Positions 1 through 13,484 are shown, counted from the stretch's first letter. The stretch is 64,000 nt of DNA from Trichosphaerium sp. ATCC 40318 (GCA_038496445.1 JALMLS010000299.1:202311-266310), one strand, 5' to 3'. Numbers and translations: made by a program. Notes: generated by a model not told the origin, from the letters alone.

Positions 1-262
1 TCTGTCGTAATTTCTCCAGAGTATGCCACTATATTGTTAAAAGGTCCTGGCTACGCTCGTGGTGTATTTGTACGATTTGAGTTGGGATAAGATAATTTTT
101 TGTTTTGGCTACAACTGTTTTAAAACCAGGGTCATCAGGACATACGGCGTCGCTTGAGATATCAGTGATCGTGTTTTGAATCGCATAGCTTGTTACTTGT
201 TACTTGCCCAAGGGCATTGTAAAAAGCAGAACGATTAGAATGTAAACGAGTGTTTGCTTCAT
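1..262 (-). CDS. 5' part of a secreted protein gene (runs off window start)
   Basis: ATG at 262 gives signal-peptide-like MKQTLVYILIVLLFTMPLG, then a GT-AG intron and the exon DAVCPDDPGFKNSCSQ... Confidence 0.5.
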
Positions 263-951
263 GTTGTTAATACCAGTGAATGCTGTGAAGTAGAATTTCG
301 GAATAACAAAAAGATGGCTCACGTGATATTTTTGCAACTACGGGCGAGTGTGCGCCAATAGCGAACCAATAGTGCTCAATAGCTGGCATTCTCAACAAAT
401 TCTTCGGTAGCGACGAATATGGGCAAATATTTAGTCGACACAACCTAGTCCACTTTTTTTACTACCACACAGAAGCCGCTATATATTGACATCGTCTCTT
501 AAAGTCCTGGCGGTTTGAAATAAAAGATGAAGCATTCTTTAGGAGAATCAGCAAAAACCTTAAGTTCTTCAGTGTTAAGCCCTCACGACAAGCGGTAAAA
601 AACTACTGGAGCACCTGTTTACGCCAGCTAAGGTGTAAGAGGGCATTTTAACCAGCAATGGTCAGACAAAAATTAAGAAACGCGTAAGAGAACGAAATAA
701 AGACCTGAGCCGCGTGGTTGTAGTTAATTTCACTAAAGGGGTAGCTTTTAGTTACTTTTTCGCCTTGAATAGTCTCTCCGCGCAAAAGATCACCAACAAA
801 CAACATCACCAAGGCGGAAACCTAACCGCTTTGCATTATGGACCCTTATTACAATAACAACTGAGAATCAAAGCTATGGGAAAGACAAAGATAACGAAAC
901 GTACAATGAACAAAATAGTTAATTATATTTACAAAAATTGGTAGGAACACA

Positions 952-1371
952 TCAATTATTTGGACGGCATGACTGGTAGACAGTATCCACAGTAACTCGC
1001 TTTCTTTTCTTACCAACCGGGAAATACGTCTTCACGAATTTTTCTTTGGACACTGTCATCTGGTTGTGAAGATCCTCTGTATTGGTATTGGCAATATCCA
1101 ACGCTTCTCTGTACTCGCCAACCAATTGTAGCAGTACCGCTTCATCTTTCGCATAGTGTTGGTTCTCTAATAATAACCTCGCTTTTTCTTGTTCCAGTTG
1201 TTGTATTTGTGCGAATAAAGCTGTGTTTCTATTTCGACATTTAAGGAGCGTGGCATCCTTGTGTTCTAGTCTCTCCTTTTGTTTGTCGATAATTTCGTTC
1301 GCTTTTGTGACGCGGGATTCGTACGCAGCGAAGGCCTTCGCGGTAAGTTGCTGGTTTTCTTTAACAGATGC
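952..1371 (-). CDS. Last exon of a hypothetical coiled-coil protein
   Basis: Open frame ASVKENQQLTAKAFAAYESRVTKANEIIDKQKERLEHK...PNN* preceded by a CACTAAC...TTAG acceptor; upstream exons unresolved. Confidence 0.5.
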   Translation of the reverse strand, partial: ASVKENQQLTAKAFAAYESRVTKANEIIDKQKERLEHKDATLLKCRNRNTALFAQIQQLEQEKARLLLENQHYAKDEAVLLQLVGEYREALDIANTNTEDLHNQMTVSKEKFVKTYFPVGKKRKRVTVDTVYQSCRPNN

Positions 1372-2731
1372 CTAAATTTACCGTTAGTGGTAAAACACGA
1401 TGTATTTATCATCAACTACGAGGTTTGTCAGTTTTTTTTTCGTTTTGATCAGATGCTTGGATTTTGGCGCGAAAAAAAAAAGTGACGTCAAATTTGTAGA
1501 AAAACGCGCAGCATCTACTGCAGTTTCAAACTCAAAAAAACTGGCTAACGTTCGTTTTGAAGAAAAAAAAAAAGTGGATAACTCTAACTACGACAAACGA
1601 AAGCCGTGTTCCCATTAACGACATTACTGTAAGGTAGTGGATATCCCAATAGCGCCTGCCTTTCCGAACACAGCGAATTAAGCTGATACGTTGGTCTGTA
1701 GCAGTACGTTTCTCCAGACACCACACCCAGTAACCAAGATAAATGAAGTTTTTATGATGCTAAGCACTTGCTGTCGCCGTCTAAAGGGCACTTACCCCTC
1801 CTGGGGCAGGGGTGTCACATTGGATTAAGCTGAAGCTTATTGGCATCACCAACGCGTCTCCGGGAGCACTGCAACCCAGTTCAAAGCCGATGTACGTAAA
1901 AACTCATTTTCTTGAAAACGCTTTTGTAGAGAGAGTATGATACTACTACGTGCCTTTAGTTCTGCAACATTGCTTTCAACCTTGTAACGCATCCGAAATT
2001 TTGCTATTTGTGCATTCGAAGCAGTGATTGCGGAAAGAAGGTCTGGAAGTGTTGTTGCGTTGGCCATGTGGATAATTAATTGAGAAATAATCAGTTTGAC
2101 CGTGGCGGGAACGTTTTTGGCGGCGAAATAGCTTTTGCTTTCCAAAAGGATACAAAATGTAATTAGACGCCAACAAACGAACTTTGTCCAAATTTTATCC
2201 CTTATCTTGGCCAAAATTATCCTAACTTCATGTAGTTAGTACTACTGTAGTTTAAATTCGTCGCCTGTTCGTAACCTTACACTGACTTGGCCTGCATTGT
2301 GACGCTAGAGCTAAGAGTCAGGCTTAAAACCTATTCGAGAAAAATGTTGCCTTTAAGAATAAGACCAAATTCACACATTTTGCGCTTCACGCCTAGTATT
2401 TGACAGTGGTTGTCAAGTAACATCATAATGCAAGAACTTCGTCGTATCGACCAAAGTTCTAAGCCTACTCTGTTGAGTAAAAACTAAAATTGGCCAAGAA
2501 TGAATAACTAGCTGCTAACGAGTTGTCATGTTTAGTGAAATCATTTCGACCATATTGCGAATTACCATGTTAGTAACATCTTTAACTCTACGAGCGTCAA
2601 GTGCATAGTGGTCTTAAATGAGGTTTTTGGTGCCTGTTGTAAGAGAGGAACTATTTAGACGTAACAAAGTCATCGCGAGTTTATTGTTCTATTAAAAACT
2701 TTTTTACTTCTTTATGTTGCTTTTATTACAC

Positions 2732-5151
2732 TCAAAAAGTAGCTTGGGTGAGAATACGTTGTACACGCACTGAGTTAAACTTAGTTGCAAGTTCATTCAG
2801 TTGGCTAAAGTTTCTTCGTGTAATTCTTGTTGACAGATACTTTTCGAGCTTATCAATAAATGCGGACTTGCTCTTAGAAATACCAGTATTGTCGCAATCG
2901 ATAATAAATGCAGTAGCCTTGTAAGCATCTAAAGAGCCCTAATATAGTTTAGAAGATTGCCACAAAGAAAAACTGAACGCACATCTGATAAGCTTGACTC
3001 TATACAGCTGATACAAACTTGCCTGCAAGAAGAAATTAAAAAAAAACTGTTCGTAATAATCTCCGCGTACAGTAGTTCTGGTTGGTTGTTAACATGTGAG
3101 AAACGCATCACGTCCATAGCGTATTCAGTGTCTATAGATTTATAATTAAAGTAGAGATAGCGAAGCACAGCTTCGAATGCTTCATAGCTCATAGTCCCGT
3201 AAGAAGCTGGTAGCTTCATAATTTGATCTAATCCATCAGCTCCTTTAAGTTGTTAATGACGTTAGTCCTACAAGAATATTTTACGTACTAGTCTGGATTT
3301 GTTTCAAGTTTTTATCTTCAAATAGTCCAGCCAATTGCTTATTGCGACACCATATGTACTTGTGGAAGTTTACGTCTATGACGTCAAAACTAATGGTAAT
3401 ATCTGCTCCTGTACGTAACTCGTACAATTTCTGGTGAATGGCTTAGTGCACCGCGCATAGTCTGGAAGTGAGACGAACCTGAAAATCTGCGGCCATTGTG
3501 TCTTTGATAGTAATAGTTTTCTTGGCGATTGGTTTGTATTGTGCTTGATTTGTATTAACCTCAAGCACCACCTACAAAAGAGATTACAAAGAAACCTAAC
3601 TCTTAATTGCAGTACCGCCTGAAATGTTTCAAACCCAAGAATTTTACTACCATCTTTGTTACCAAGGAAAGCAACAAAATTGCTGTAAATAGCATCCATA
3701 CAAATGCTCTCGATATCTTTTTCTTTCAATTGCATTGCAAACTTGAGAACGCTATTGAATATAAGCTACAATTACAGGGTCGTACGACAAAAAATAGGAC
3801 GTACGCATGGACATTGCCTGCGTCAATTGTAGTTTGAAGGTGTACTTCAATAATCTGTACCAAGCGTTGTATGTCATACATTTTGGCAGTATGTGCTAGT
3901 AGTACCAGAGACTCTGGTCGCCATTTATCAAAAGCAATACCCCCCGTGTATATATATTCTAGTACACCAAGCATAGCAGAATACTGCACCTTACTAGTTA
4001 AGAATAACTGCTTCAAATTACGCTTCTTCTTTTCTTTTGATTTTGTTTTTTGTATCTCTTTCTCAAATACAGCAGGACATCTAGCACGGAGCAAAGCTTC
4101 GTGGGCGTGTACTTCCTTTCCTTTACTAAAAACAAAATCCACATCGTTGTAGGTTTCATCGTTGAGAAGGTGTTGAAACGTAACTAGTACAAAGATCAGC
4201 TTCAACAGTTTTCTGTGGGATATACATACCAGCACATGCTGCAAGATTACGCTCGCGCTTTACTCCTGCATCTAGCTTCGTCGCCTTTTTACGAGACGAT
4301 CGCATTAGACCTGCACGCCTTCCGCTACAATATTTTTACGCTTGAAACCTAACTGGAAGTTGACATACCTTGAAACCTGGCTAGAACCTTCATTATCACT
4401 ACATATATTAGTACATTTCCTCCTTTTAGCCAAATAACATTTACGTACGCTTTGCTCCTGTAGGCACCAGCAAGACCTTGTAAAACAGTTCCCTTTGGAT
4501 AGCGTGGTGGAGGTGCTACGCAACGTTAGTCCCTTTTTAAAAAGCATAGATGTCTTACGTTTAACAGGCCCAGTGAAACTTGGCTGACGCTGTACTTCTT
4601 GCGTCGGCCTAGGAGAGCCAAGAGCACTGAAGGACATTTGGCTAGAACACGTCAGAAAATGCATTCATTCAATTTGTAGTACACATACTTCAAACCAATA
4701 GCATCAGCTAGTTGTTTACCTTCCTCTCTAGTGTAGAACCCAATACCTACTTTGGCCGTTGCACCTTGTAGAAATGAGCGAAAACGGCTCTGAAATTCAC
4801 CTAGCGAACCTTTTGGTCTAATTAAAAAGTAGCGTTTGCTGTCAATTGCCCTCTGGGGCATAGATTCGCTTATGGAAACCTCTGCATGTACTTCGTCTGT
4901 TTGTAGTAAGTACCTAGTTAAACATAGCGAAACGAACCAGTTAGGCGATCTAATAGTTGAATACACTTGTCTCCTGACTTATCAACTACTGTGCAAATAC
5001 CTGGCGCGTTTCAGCTTCGAGAACTCCGAAATAGCAGCGTACCGGCCCAAGCGTATTTAGATGTATTCCATTCAAGCGCACGAATGGCTGAGTCCGTTTG
5101 AGGGACGTTAGAGTACATGAAGCACTTAGGTATCTTCAAGAGTTGAGTCAT
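2732..5151 (-). CDS. NECAP PHear-like domain + two BTB/POZ domains (multi-exon)
   Basis: Spliced N-terminus CFMYSNVPQ..AIRALEWNTSKYAWAG...AIDSKRYFLIRPK..AKVGIGFYTREEG resembles NECAP PHear. It continues in frame into BTB1 (YNDVDFVFSKGKEVHAHEALLRARCP...LEYIYTG) and BTB2 (...EAFEAVLRYLY). Stop position approximate. Confidence 0.75.
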
Positions 5152-5384
5152 TTTGCTAATAACAGTGAGCTACGCCTGCAGTGTCTTGAGTTACTTCTTG
5201 TTAAGGAAAGGCCAGTATAATCGCCCAATGGGCCGGTCCACACATTTCATTCTATCTTATCTTGACACTACATTTTTTTGAGCGAAAGTACGCATTACGA
5301 CACCATTTGTACACGATTCTTGATGTCATTTACAGTTTCTATTTAGAATCCAAAACCTAATACGGCATATAACAACACCAAGCG

Positions 5385-7461
5385 ATGAACGTGCAAGAAA
5401 AAGATCTTGTGGTGCTTTTTAATTACTTTTCCTCACATACTGGATTACCGGGCAGCCAAAAAGGCTCAGACACGGCAAGTACCTTCAAAGTAGTTATACG
5501 CTTACAATGACAGACGCAATTGATTCAAGATAGATGTAATGCGTTGTTTTCAAGGCACGTTGACATTTTGAAATCAATAAAAGGGACTAACATTCTAGTA
5601 TATTAGAGACTACGACATTGAGCTTGTTGACAACGAATGGTATAGCAAAAATTTTATTTAAAGTATTTATTAATCTGCAAATAACACTTTTCACAGGTGC
5701 AGCTCATACCCTCCACAAATCGTACTTCTAGGCAATTTGGATTACAAATTGGGGAAAGACAGAGAAATAAACAAGCAAAAAAGTGGTAAACCGCTTGACC
5801 ACACCATGGCCATTTATTGACAAATTTCTCTAGCCGAGATCTTACGTAAGGGAATGGAAGCGTCTAAATTATGCCGGTGTCGCCAAAGGTTTTTGTTAAG
5901 AACCTCCATACACGTTATTAAATGACGATTTAGATTCCCTGTTCCTGTCATACGCGTAGGTGACAGAAATATATGTCGATCTGCTGGACTGACTGAAAAA
6001 ATGGAATTGGCTGTAAAAACAAATTTTGCTCATTGGTCGTGCGTGCCCTAGATTTACAATCTCATGTTCTATTTGTTGGTAACAAACAAGCAACCAGGAG
6101 TTCAATGTCCAAAGCTAAAGTAGCTCAGCGAGGCTTCCAAAGAAAAAAGGATGTAGAGTGGTTAGGTGTGATAAAAGTAAAGCACGTGGTTGATCTTATG
6201 TTGGAAAACACAAGAAAATTGTACGTCACGTGTTTAACCAAATAATTTGTCACTGAGCGTTTTTATCATTATTTGTTTAGATTTGGTATTGTACGCCTGT
6301 GCTCCTCTGAAAAAGTAACGCCAGGTTATGAAAATTTTACTGTAGCAGCCATGCCTTATCCTGGTGTTGAAACATTTTCTCATTTTGAAACAGCAATTCA
6401 AGGGCGTGCGTAAACCTCTTTCATGTGTTGCCAAGTATACTGAAATACTTACTCAAGACAATGGCAAACTACCTGTTACTGTTTGGGAAAATAAGGCAGA
6501 GGCTGAACTTCAAATAGACCGGTCGTTTAAGCTTAAAACCGGCGACGATTGGAACTATTACAAAATGTGGGATGTTAACAGGCTTACTGTGAATTACATG
6601 CGATATGTTATGGAGAATCTTTTAGAAGATGATGATACAGAAGCAGGTATTTTAATACATTGTATCTCGGGTATGTCACTTTGATATGACTGTTTTGTGA
6701 TTTTTGCAACAGGTTGGGATCGCACGCCGACTTTTGTGGGTATGTGGTTATCTCTATTTGGATTATACATAACCAATCTGTAGCGCTGATCAGAATTTTA
6801 TTGTGGGCTGATGGAAGGGCACACGCAAACCTGACGCCTATTCAAGTAAGTATTGATGGTACAAAGCATAAACTAAAGCTATGTTAGATTCTCTATTTGA
6901 CTGTTGCGTATGATTGGGTGTTGTTCGGGTACTAAACAATAAAGGGTGCTTGTACTGATTGTTCGTACAAGGCATAACTTAGTGAGACGCATGAAGAATC
7001 AGCAACAAATATTTTACTTCTGTTTCTACATCCTAAAGACATTCGCTGATTTTGAGTTTGACACAAAAGACAGTACTCGTGAGGCAGACGAAGAAAATAT
7101 TGAACATGGTGCTGATAGTGCCACATGGCGCACAGCTGATATCTCAGAGTGGGATGGCCCTGATGACACTAAGGAAAAAAAGAAGGATGATATGAATGAG
7201 TGGAGTGTTGCGTTATCTGAACCAATAACCACCAACAAACAATCACGTGCTAGTAGTAAAGAAGAGCAAAGTGATGAAGAAAGCAAAAGTCAAGAGTCCC
7301 TATTGCCACCAAAAGACAAAAGCACACAAGATGACCCATCAGGAATAGATAACGATGAAAATGGCGCTAAGAATGAGCGCAAACAAAAAATTTTAGAGGT
7401 TTGGCGTCTCTTTGAGATAGTCTACAATCGCACTATCAGACTACGTTTCAGCAGACATTAA
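5385..7461 (+). CDS. MTMR14: Myotubularin-related protein 14-like phosphoinositide phosphatase
   Basis: Exons IQDRCNALFSRDY, CRCRQRFPVPVI..NICRSA, DLMLEN; catalytic motif LIHCISGWDRTP; YLTVAYDWVLF. Confidence 0.88.
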
Positions 7462-7590
7462 TAGTGTTTGTATTCGGTAAATTAAGCTAGAGTGAGCAAT
7501 AACACAATAAAAACTTGTACACTATGAAATATGTTTACTCAATGCAATATTATTTGCTTTATGGGATAAAGAGTTTGTTGTGGTTTGTAC

Positions 7591-8271
7591 TTAGTCCGTG
7601 TCAGAGTCAGAATCATCATCAGAGGCGTTTGGATCTGGTTCGTCATCTGGATCGTATCCTTCAACTAAAAGGGTGTTAATCGGTAGCAATACAAGCGAAA
7701 AAGTGGTGCCAGATTTTTTTATCGGCTGGATGGAAATTATTGGCGTATACGTACCAATGCCGACAGGTACGAGTGACGCTTTGACATCATCACCTTTTGC
7801 GATATCCTTAGCAAGTTGTCCGGCTTTATTTGTCAATGCTGTGTTGGCACCAGCGGCAATAAGGAGTTCCACGCACTCTAGTGTGCCTTTGTGGGTTTTT
7901 GCTACAGCCTGATTTTTTTTTGCGTTAAATTAAATAAAGCGCCCGAGTTGATTTATTACCTTGTGAAGGGGTGTATCTCCGGCTTTATTAATGGCGTTAA
8001 CATTAACGTTTGGCATGCCCAGTATGTGCTTTGTGCATTTAGGGTGACCGCCACCTTTGGTACAACCGGTGAGTCGCAAGTTGATTGTTGTGGTGAGAAC
8101 TTCAAAAAAAAAATTACAAATAAACGTAAAATTACCAGCGGCGTAGTGTAGTCCTGTACTGCCAAGAGCGTCAACAATATTTGGGTCAACCTTTCTTTCT
8201 ATTAGTTCCGCGATATCTTCGTGATAGCCCGCTTTTGAAGCCGAAAACCAAGCGTTCTCTAAGGTTGTCAT
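7591..8271 (-). CDS. Small ankyrin-repeat protein with acidic tail (OSTF1-like repeats, no SH3)
   Basis: GSTGLHYAA, NKAGDTPLHK, CVELLIAAGAN repeats; DDDSDSDTD tail. Confidence 0.85.
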
Positions 8272-8657
8272 AGTTTATCTAACAAGAACAAGTTTGTAGT
8301 TTTTTTTTTTTGGCAAACTTTAAAAAAAGTTAAAGTGTCAATTTTGTTCAGCCTTGAAACTACAACACGTTTCCCAGCCTATCACTGCTTGTTATGCTCC
8401 TTGTGGCGGCAACGATATAACCACTTGGCTTTCTCTAAATGTTTATTTGTGGACACTCAAAAAAACATTGAAAAAAAAAGTTCTAATTGCGCGTATGCTT
8501 TCCTTCATTCGCTGAGAACACTACAGAATATTCGCCACACGGTACTACACAAATAAATGATGGTTTACTGACACGAGTTTAGCGAAATAGATTGCATAGC
8601 CATGTTTAAAGACAGTGATTGTGGATTAAAATTACATATCTGCTCATAGGAGTCTTC

Positions 8658-9173
8658 CTATCGAGATGCTTCGTTGGCTTCGTCTATCAAACCATCTCTC
8701 ATCATGTGAGTCTTTACACGAACGCGATCGTTGAAGCTGCAAGGGTTGTGAGAATTGGTTAAAAGTTAGCGCTAAACGCACAGCATAGCTTGACAAGTTT
8801 CGTATGCGTGTTTTTCATGATGACAGCTCCAACTCATAAAAAAGTGATCCCATTGACACGCCCATAATATTGTAGCAAGACCTAGAGGCGAATTAGCGTC
8901 TGTTTGAGTTGTAATAACATCAAAATTTTGCTGCACAGGCTTTTCGTACCACCGCAGCGATCTCTGGTACGAAGTGGCGCATGGTGTTGTTCTAATAAGG
9001 CCAGTGTTGGTGGAGGAGGCACTAAAACGAATTAAATTATTGTTCGTTTGTAAATTACTTACGTCTGCCCTTTGCCATCTCAGCGACTGCGTAATCGTAG
9101 TCGTACTCTTCCCATTCCTCATAAATGTTAATACTACCAATCAAATACGACATACCTTAGTTTCGTAGTGCAT
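8658..9173 (-). CDS. NDUFB7: NADH:ubiquinone oxidoreductase subunit B7 (B18)
   Basis: Spliced APLRTRDRCGGLATILWAC...SWSCHHEKHAYETC: twin CX9C motif and the PL..RD.C / W.C.HE.H.YE.C signature. Confidence 0.8.
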
Positions 9174-9774
9174 TTGCAACAGTTAGTAGCTTTCAATGCG
9201 TTGAGGCGTAGTCTTTGTAAGTCCGTTCTGAGCCAAAAAAAAAAACCTAAATCAAGACTGAAGGCTAAGTAGCCTTGTACTGTTTTCAATATGATGCTTT
9301 AATTGTACAACCTAATCAGTGCTTGAAAGGCGGACAGGACAGTGCGAGGCTGTCCTCTCTGAGGGTAAATTTGAGAGCCACAACGATAAAAAAATAAGAA
9401 ATGTATTGCGAATTTACAGTTTACAGATTTCGACAAGACACTTTTTACAGCCGCTTCGTTATTGTTAGTTTCACAAGAAAATCGAAGACAGCTTCAGACT
9501 ATGCATTAGCTAACACACAATGGTACCTAAGAATATGCGCTAGACTATTCTACACGTGCAAAACGAACTATCTTTATCTATTTGTCTGTTAAAGTTTAGT
9601 GTGCCGCGAGACTGTTGCTGGTTCTTGTCAATAACTCTGTGTTGCTACTTCACCGGAAATACCAAAGCAGGTAAAACGCGCCTGTACATGCCTTATAAAA
9701 GAGCGGAGCAACAACACAAATGTCCACCATGTGAACAACAGTGTACACAAAAAACTTCATTACGAAAGTTCAAA

Positions 9775-10692
9775 ATGAAGTACGCAGCTCTTCTTCTTGT
9801 TGCCATCGCCGCAGTAGCTCTTTGCGCTGAACCAACTAAGCCTAAATGGCCAGAAGCTTACTCAGCAACGTGCGTTGTCGAAAAACTTCTACTCTTACAA
9901 ATGGTAGCTTGTTCATCCGCCACACACCAGGGCATGGTCACGAGCACAGACCAGAAGAATTCGCTAGGTAAAATAGTTACGGTTTAGTTACGGACGTTAA
10001 CGCCACAATTTTTTCCAGGGTAATGTATGATCACGTGAAAAAAATGGGTCGTCGTGACGGTTTTTTGGAGTTCAAAGATGAGGTGATCTTTTTTTACCAA
10101 TTGTTTTGGACAAACATTTTCTTACTAGTTCTAGGTCTACTTCGGAAAGCGGTACAACCCAAACGCAGGAAGTTCGTTTTTACCAACTTATTTTTAGTGT
10201 ATGGAATCACGTTGAGGACAAAGAATACCACGTCTTCTATCGCCAAGGTTTCGAGACATGCTATGTAAGAGCACTCAACACCACAATGCCATTCCCTACC
10301 TTTAATAACGTAAAATACATTGGCGAGGTAAGACAAAAGATTTCGTTGTACTATGTACTCTAACCCTTTTACAAAGTCAGTAGTAGATGGCCACCTATGC
10401 TACAGCTGGATTGGTATGCTTATGCGTTGTTGCTATTCCTATTAACTTTTCAACAGAGGAAGACCCAAAGGAACGCAGGACACTCCTATACTATGATCGT
10501 CAAGACGACAGATCTCCAAAGCGTATTGAAGTTGATTTTGGTCGTGGTGTTGCTGAGACATGGGATTTCCACGAGTTCGATGCTTGTCCTCAAGATAAGG
10601 AACTTTACGTACGTAACTCAAACCAACGGCATTTCGTTGACATTCTTGACTAGGAGATCGGTTGGATCAAGGACCACTGTAACCCTGTATGA
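9775..10692 (+). CDS. Secreted ependymin-related (EPDR-like) protein
   Basis: Signal peptide MKYAALLLVAIAAVALCA, then PTKPKWPEAYSAT, MYDHVKKMGRRD, TCY, GHLCYSW, a pattern typical of ependymin-like proteins. Confidence 0.6.
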
Positions 10693-10888
10693 GCAACACG
10701 CTCACATCAATAAAAGCAAAGCTTTTCGCAGCCCCTTTTTTGTTTAATGCCAAAGAATAAAAAAAGAAAAACTCAGTTTTGTAGTTGTTTATCTACAATC
10801 ACTAGACGATTTTATGATTCGTCAACTCTACAAAAATTGCTAGTACCACACGGTTGTTTCGAACGCGTTAATACTGTGACGCTTTTTG

Positions 10889-13484
10889 TCATAGTTGGCC
10901 TTTGTCGTTTTGTATTACATGTTGTGCTAGTTGTTTGTACAACGCCAATAGCTCTGGGATATCTCGCATTGTTAGGTCTATAGCTTCAACATTCAAAAAG
11001 CGATCCTAGAAAATAGTTAGCCCGGTTGTTGAGAGAAATAGTTCTTACTATATCCTTGATATTATGGGCTTCTTTGTGGTTCATTAATAGCTCCGTAGAC
11101 TGTGGCGCTGAATTATACTTGTGGTTTGCCTCATCAACTTCCTGTGAAAAAACAAATTATTACTTGTTTATGAAGAAAGGTAATGTCGGTACCTTTGTTG
11201 GGGATGGTGTCATTGCTACATTAAAATCGATAAGAGGTCCAGGTGCTGGTGTGGATGGTGGAGAAACCATTTCTATAGGTGCTGTGACTTCTTGAGATGC
11301 TTCGCTACTCTGAACTAGTTCACCAACGGTGGAGTCCCGACTAGAGAAAGCTTTTGCTGAAGGCCGCGAAGAATCGCCTGAAAACACTTCCTCAGGTTTA
11401 TTAGGCTGAAGAGGTAACATTGTAAGTGGCACAGAGCTGTTGTTTTTTGGCACTAAAGCATCTTCCGCTATTTTGTAAAGCCTTTAATATCGTTAGTGGT
11501 GGAACTAAGAGATGACCAAACCTTGCAAATTCTTCATTTTCTATGTTAAGCTTTGTGGCGTCCAAGTTTTCTAAAAAGTCTACAGCAGATTCCAAGTGTG
11601 TAAAATAATAACCACTCTCTGTGATCATCTTCTTTGGGTCTCTAAACCTTTGTATATATCTTTTAGGTTAAGATAAATGGTAGTTACATCGTTATGTGGT
11701 AAAAGAAGTAGGATACTGAATATTAGAGCATAGCTGTGGCGGATTAGCTTTGAGTACGATATATATTAATATTGGTAAGAATTCATCAGCACCAGCAGGG
11801 TGTCCTTGAGAGCTTGCTTTGTTTAAAATTCCTGGATATTAAGGAGAAAAATCGCAAAAATGACAATGGAAAAAAATGTCAAAATGTGTAATGACATGTG
11901 TCACAAAGGATACGGTAAATAACCTTACAACAGTTTAAAATGCAAATCATTTTATCACGTGGGGCACGGTAATTGTTAATTTTCCGTAGCTCTATACAAT
12001 ACATTAAGGCGCAACGTGTTATATGATGGTAAAATAAATTGCGTGCCTTGAACACCCAGATCAAATTTCTTGTCATCAGTATGATACTTTGCAATGTCCA
12101 AATGACTTGGCGTTATAAATTGCATACACTTTATTCGTTTTGTAATGGCTTTATCCCTTGCTAACTCTTCTATACTTGATGAAAAGCAACTGTGACGCAT
12201 AAGTGATACAGAAGGAAAAGATTTAAAGCCGCACCAATCAAAAATTTTTATCATTAGATATTTTTCTATTTGCTCTGAAATGACGTCAACTTCTTCTTGC
12301 GTGGCTTCTCTGTAGAGTCAAAAATTAGCCATGTTCAAAAAAATAGTCTCTGTACCGCCACAATTTGTGTTCATTCATTTTGTCCATAATATGGTCTATA
12401 AACCCACGCACTTCATCAACTTGCTCTTCTGTGTTCGGCGGTGTAGTAAGAAACGCAGAAACCCACCTAAATATCATATTACATTACAAGGGATTCGTCA
12501 TTTACAGCCTTACGCTCTAACATGACTGTATATATCAAGAGCTTTAGGATCTTTGAACTTTGCCCAAAATAAATCTTTACCGACCAATCCTGTCTTATCT
12601 GTGCTGCTCGTCTCCTTTGCGCCGGCTACTGCCCCAAAAAGCCTTCCCCATCTACTCTATTAATACATATACAATTCCTATGGTAAATCACGTACCGACT
12701 TTCTGACTTGTCTTGCTTTTTCTGCAATTTTGCTTCAATCTTCGCCTTGCTCCATGAACAGCCACTGTATGTTAAAGGTTCTGATATCAAAGTAATGTGA
12801 ATATTATGTCCTTGAATACTCATTTCACCATCGCGAAGTACTTGCACTGTCTGTAAAGGGTTTTTTGCGGAAGAAAATTTAGCGTAAGTGTCACTAAAAT
12901 TCGTTTAGTCTGAAAAACGCTTTACGTTTGTAGCAAACGTCGACGTACGCTAATGAACTGAAGATAACTTGTTTCCTTGGGTTTGGCTTAATTTGCTTCC
13001 TTTCTGATATTCTGTGCATTACTTTAACATCGCCCTTTAGTTTGTGTTAATAATGCGCCACTTTCTAAGATGATCTTGTGTACTTTAGTTTCTGTTATGC
13101 CTAAAATGCCTGATAAAAGTTTAGATAACGTTATGTTAATGCGTTGTTGCTCGCACCATTTACAGTGAGTAATTGCTTCTTGTTTGATGGGTTTGTAAGC
13201 ACAACGTGTGTCAGGATAAATTGCTTTGTAACATCAATGCCTGCAAGGGCCACATTCTGAGGTACCAATATGGAAGCCTGGTACAGAGTATCAAAGAAGT
13301 GAGGTAAAATAGCACTCAAATTACCTTTTTGTAAATAATAGGTTTTACGAGGTCTCTAAACGCTGGCTGCTGTAGTTTGATAAGTATGGCGTTATTCTCC
13401 CTGCGAACAGTTAGTACGATAGTGGGATTGCTTAGTCGCTTACCTTTCGTAGTCTAAGAACGTGCTCTGTATTCCCGCTGACAT
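10889..13484 (-). CDS. VPS9: VPS9-domain Rab5-family guanine nucleotide exchange factor
   Basis: [64 protein letters not shown]; C-terminal [17 protein letters not shown]. Confidence 0.9.
11660..11716 (-). other. U12-type (minor) GT-AG intron, phase 2
   Basis: 5'SS GTATCCTA; branch TTATCTTAAC followed by CTAAAAG; removal restores SNIQYIQRF. Confidence 0.8.
11832..11913 (-). other. U12-type (minor) GT-AG intron, phase 1
   Basis: 5'SS GTATCCTTT; branch TTTTTCTCCTTAAT then ATCCAG; removal restores KVIYRILNK. Confidence 0.92.

Noticed and set aside
154-207. Apparent GC-AG intron (G|GCAAGT) in the first gene
   Set aside because: The nearby GTAACA donor gives the more plausible frame (NDAVCPDDPG).
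1740-1850. ATGATG...CTGA plus a GC hairpin (C/D snoRNA or SECIS; TGA-TGC at the end of the minus-strand ORF)
   Set aside because: Box C is imperfect, there is no recognisable rRNA guide or SECIS core, and no selenoprotein similarity.
2069-2153. Perfect GTATCCTTTT on the minus strand upstream of ORF 1846-2214
   Set aside because: No convincing U12 branch/acceptor and no supported gene model; not counted.
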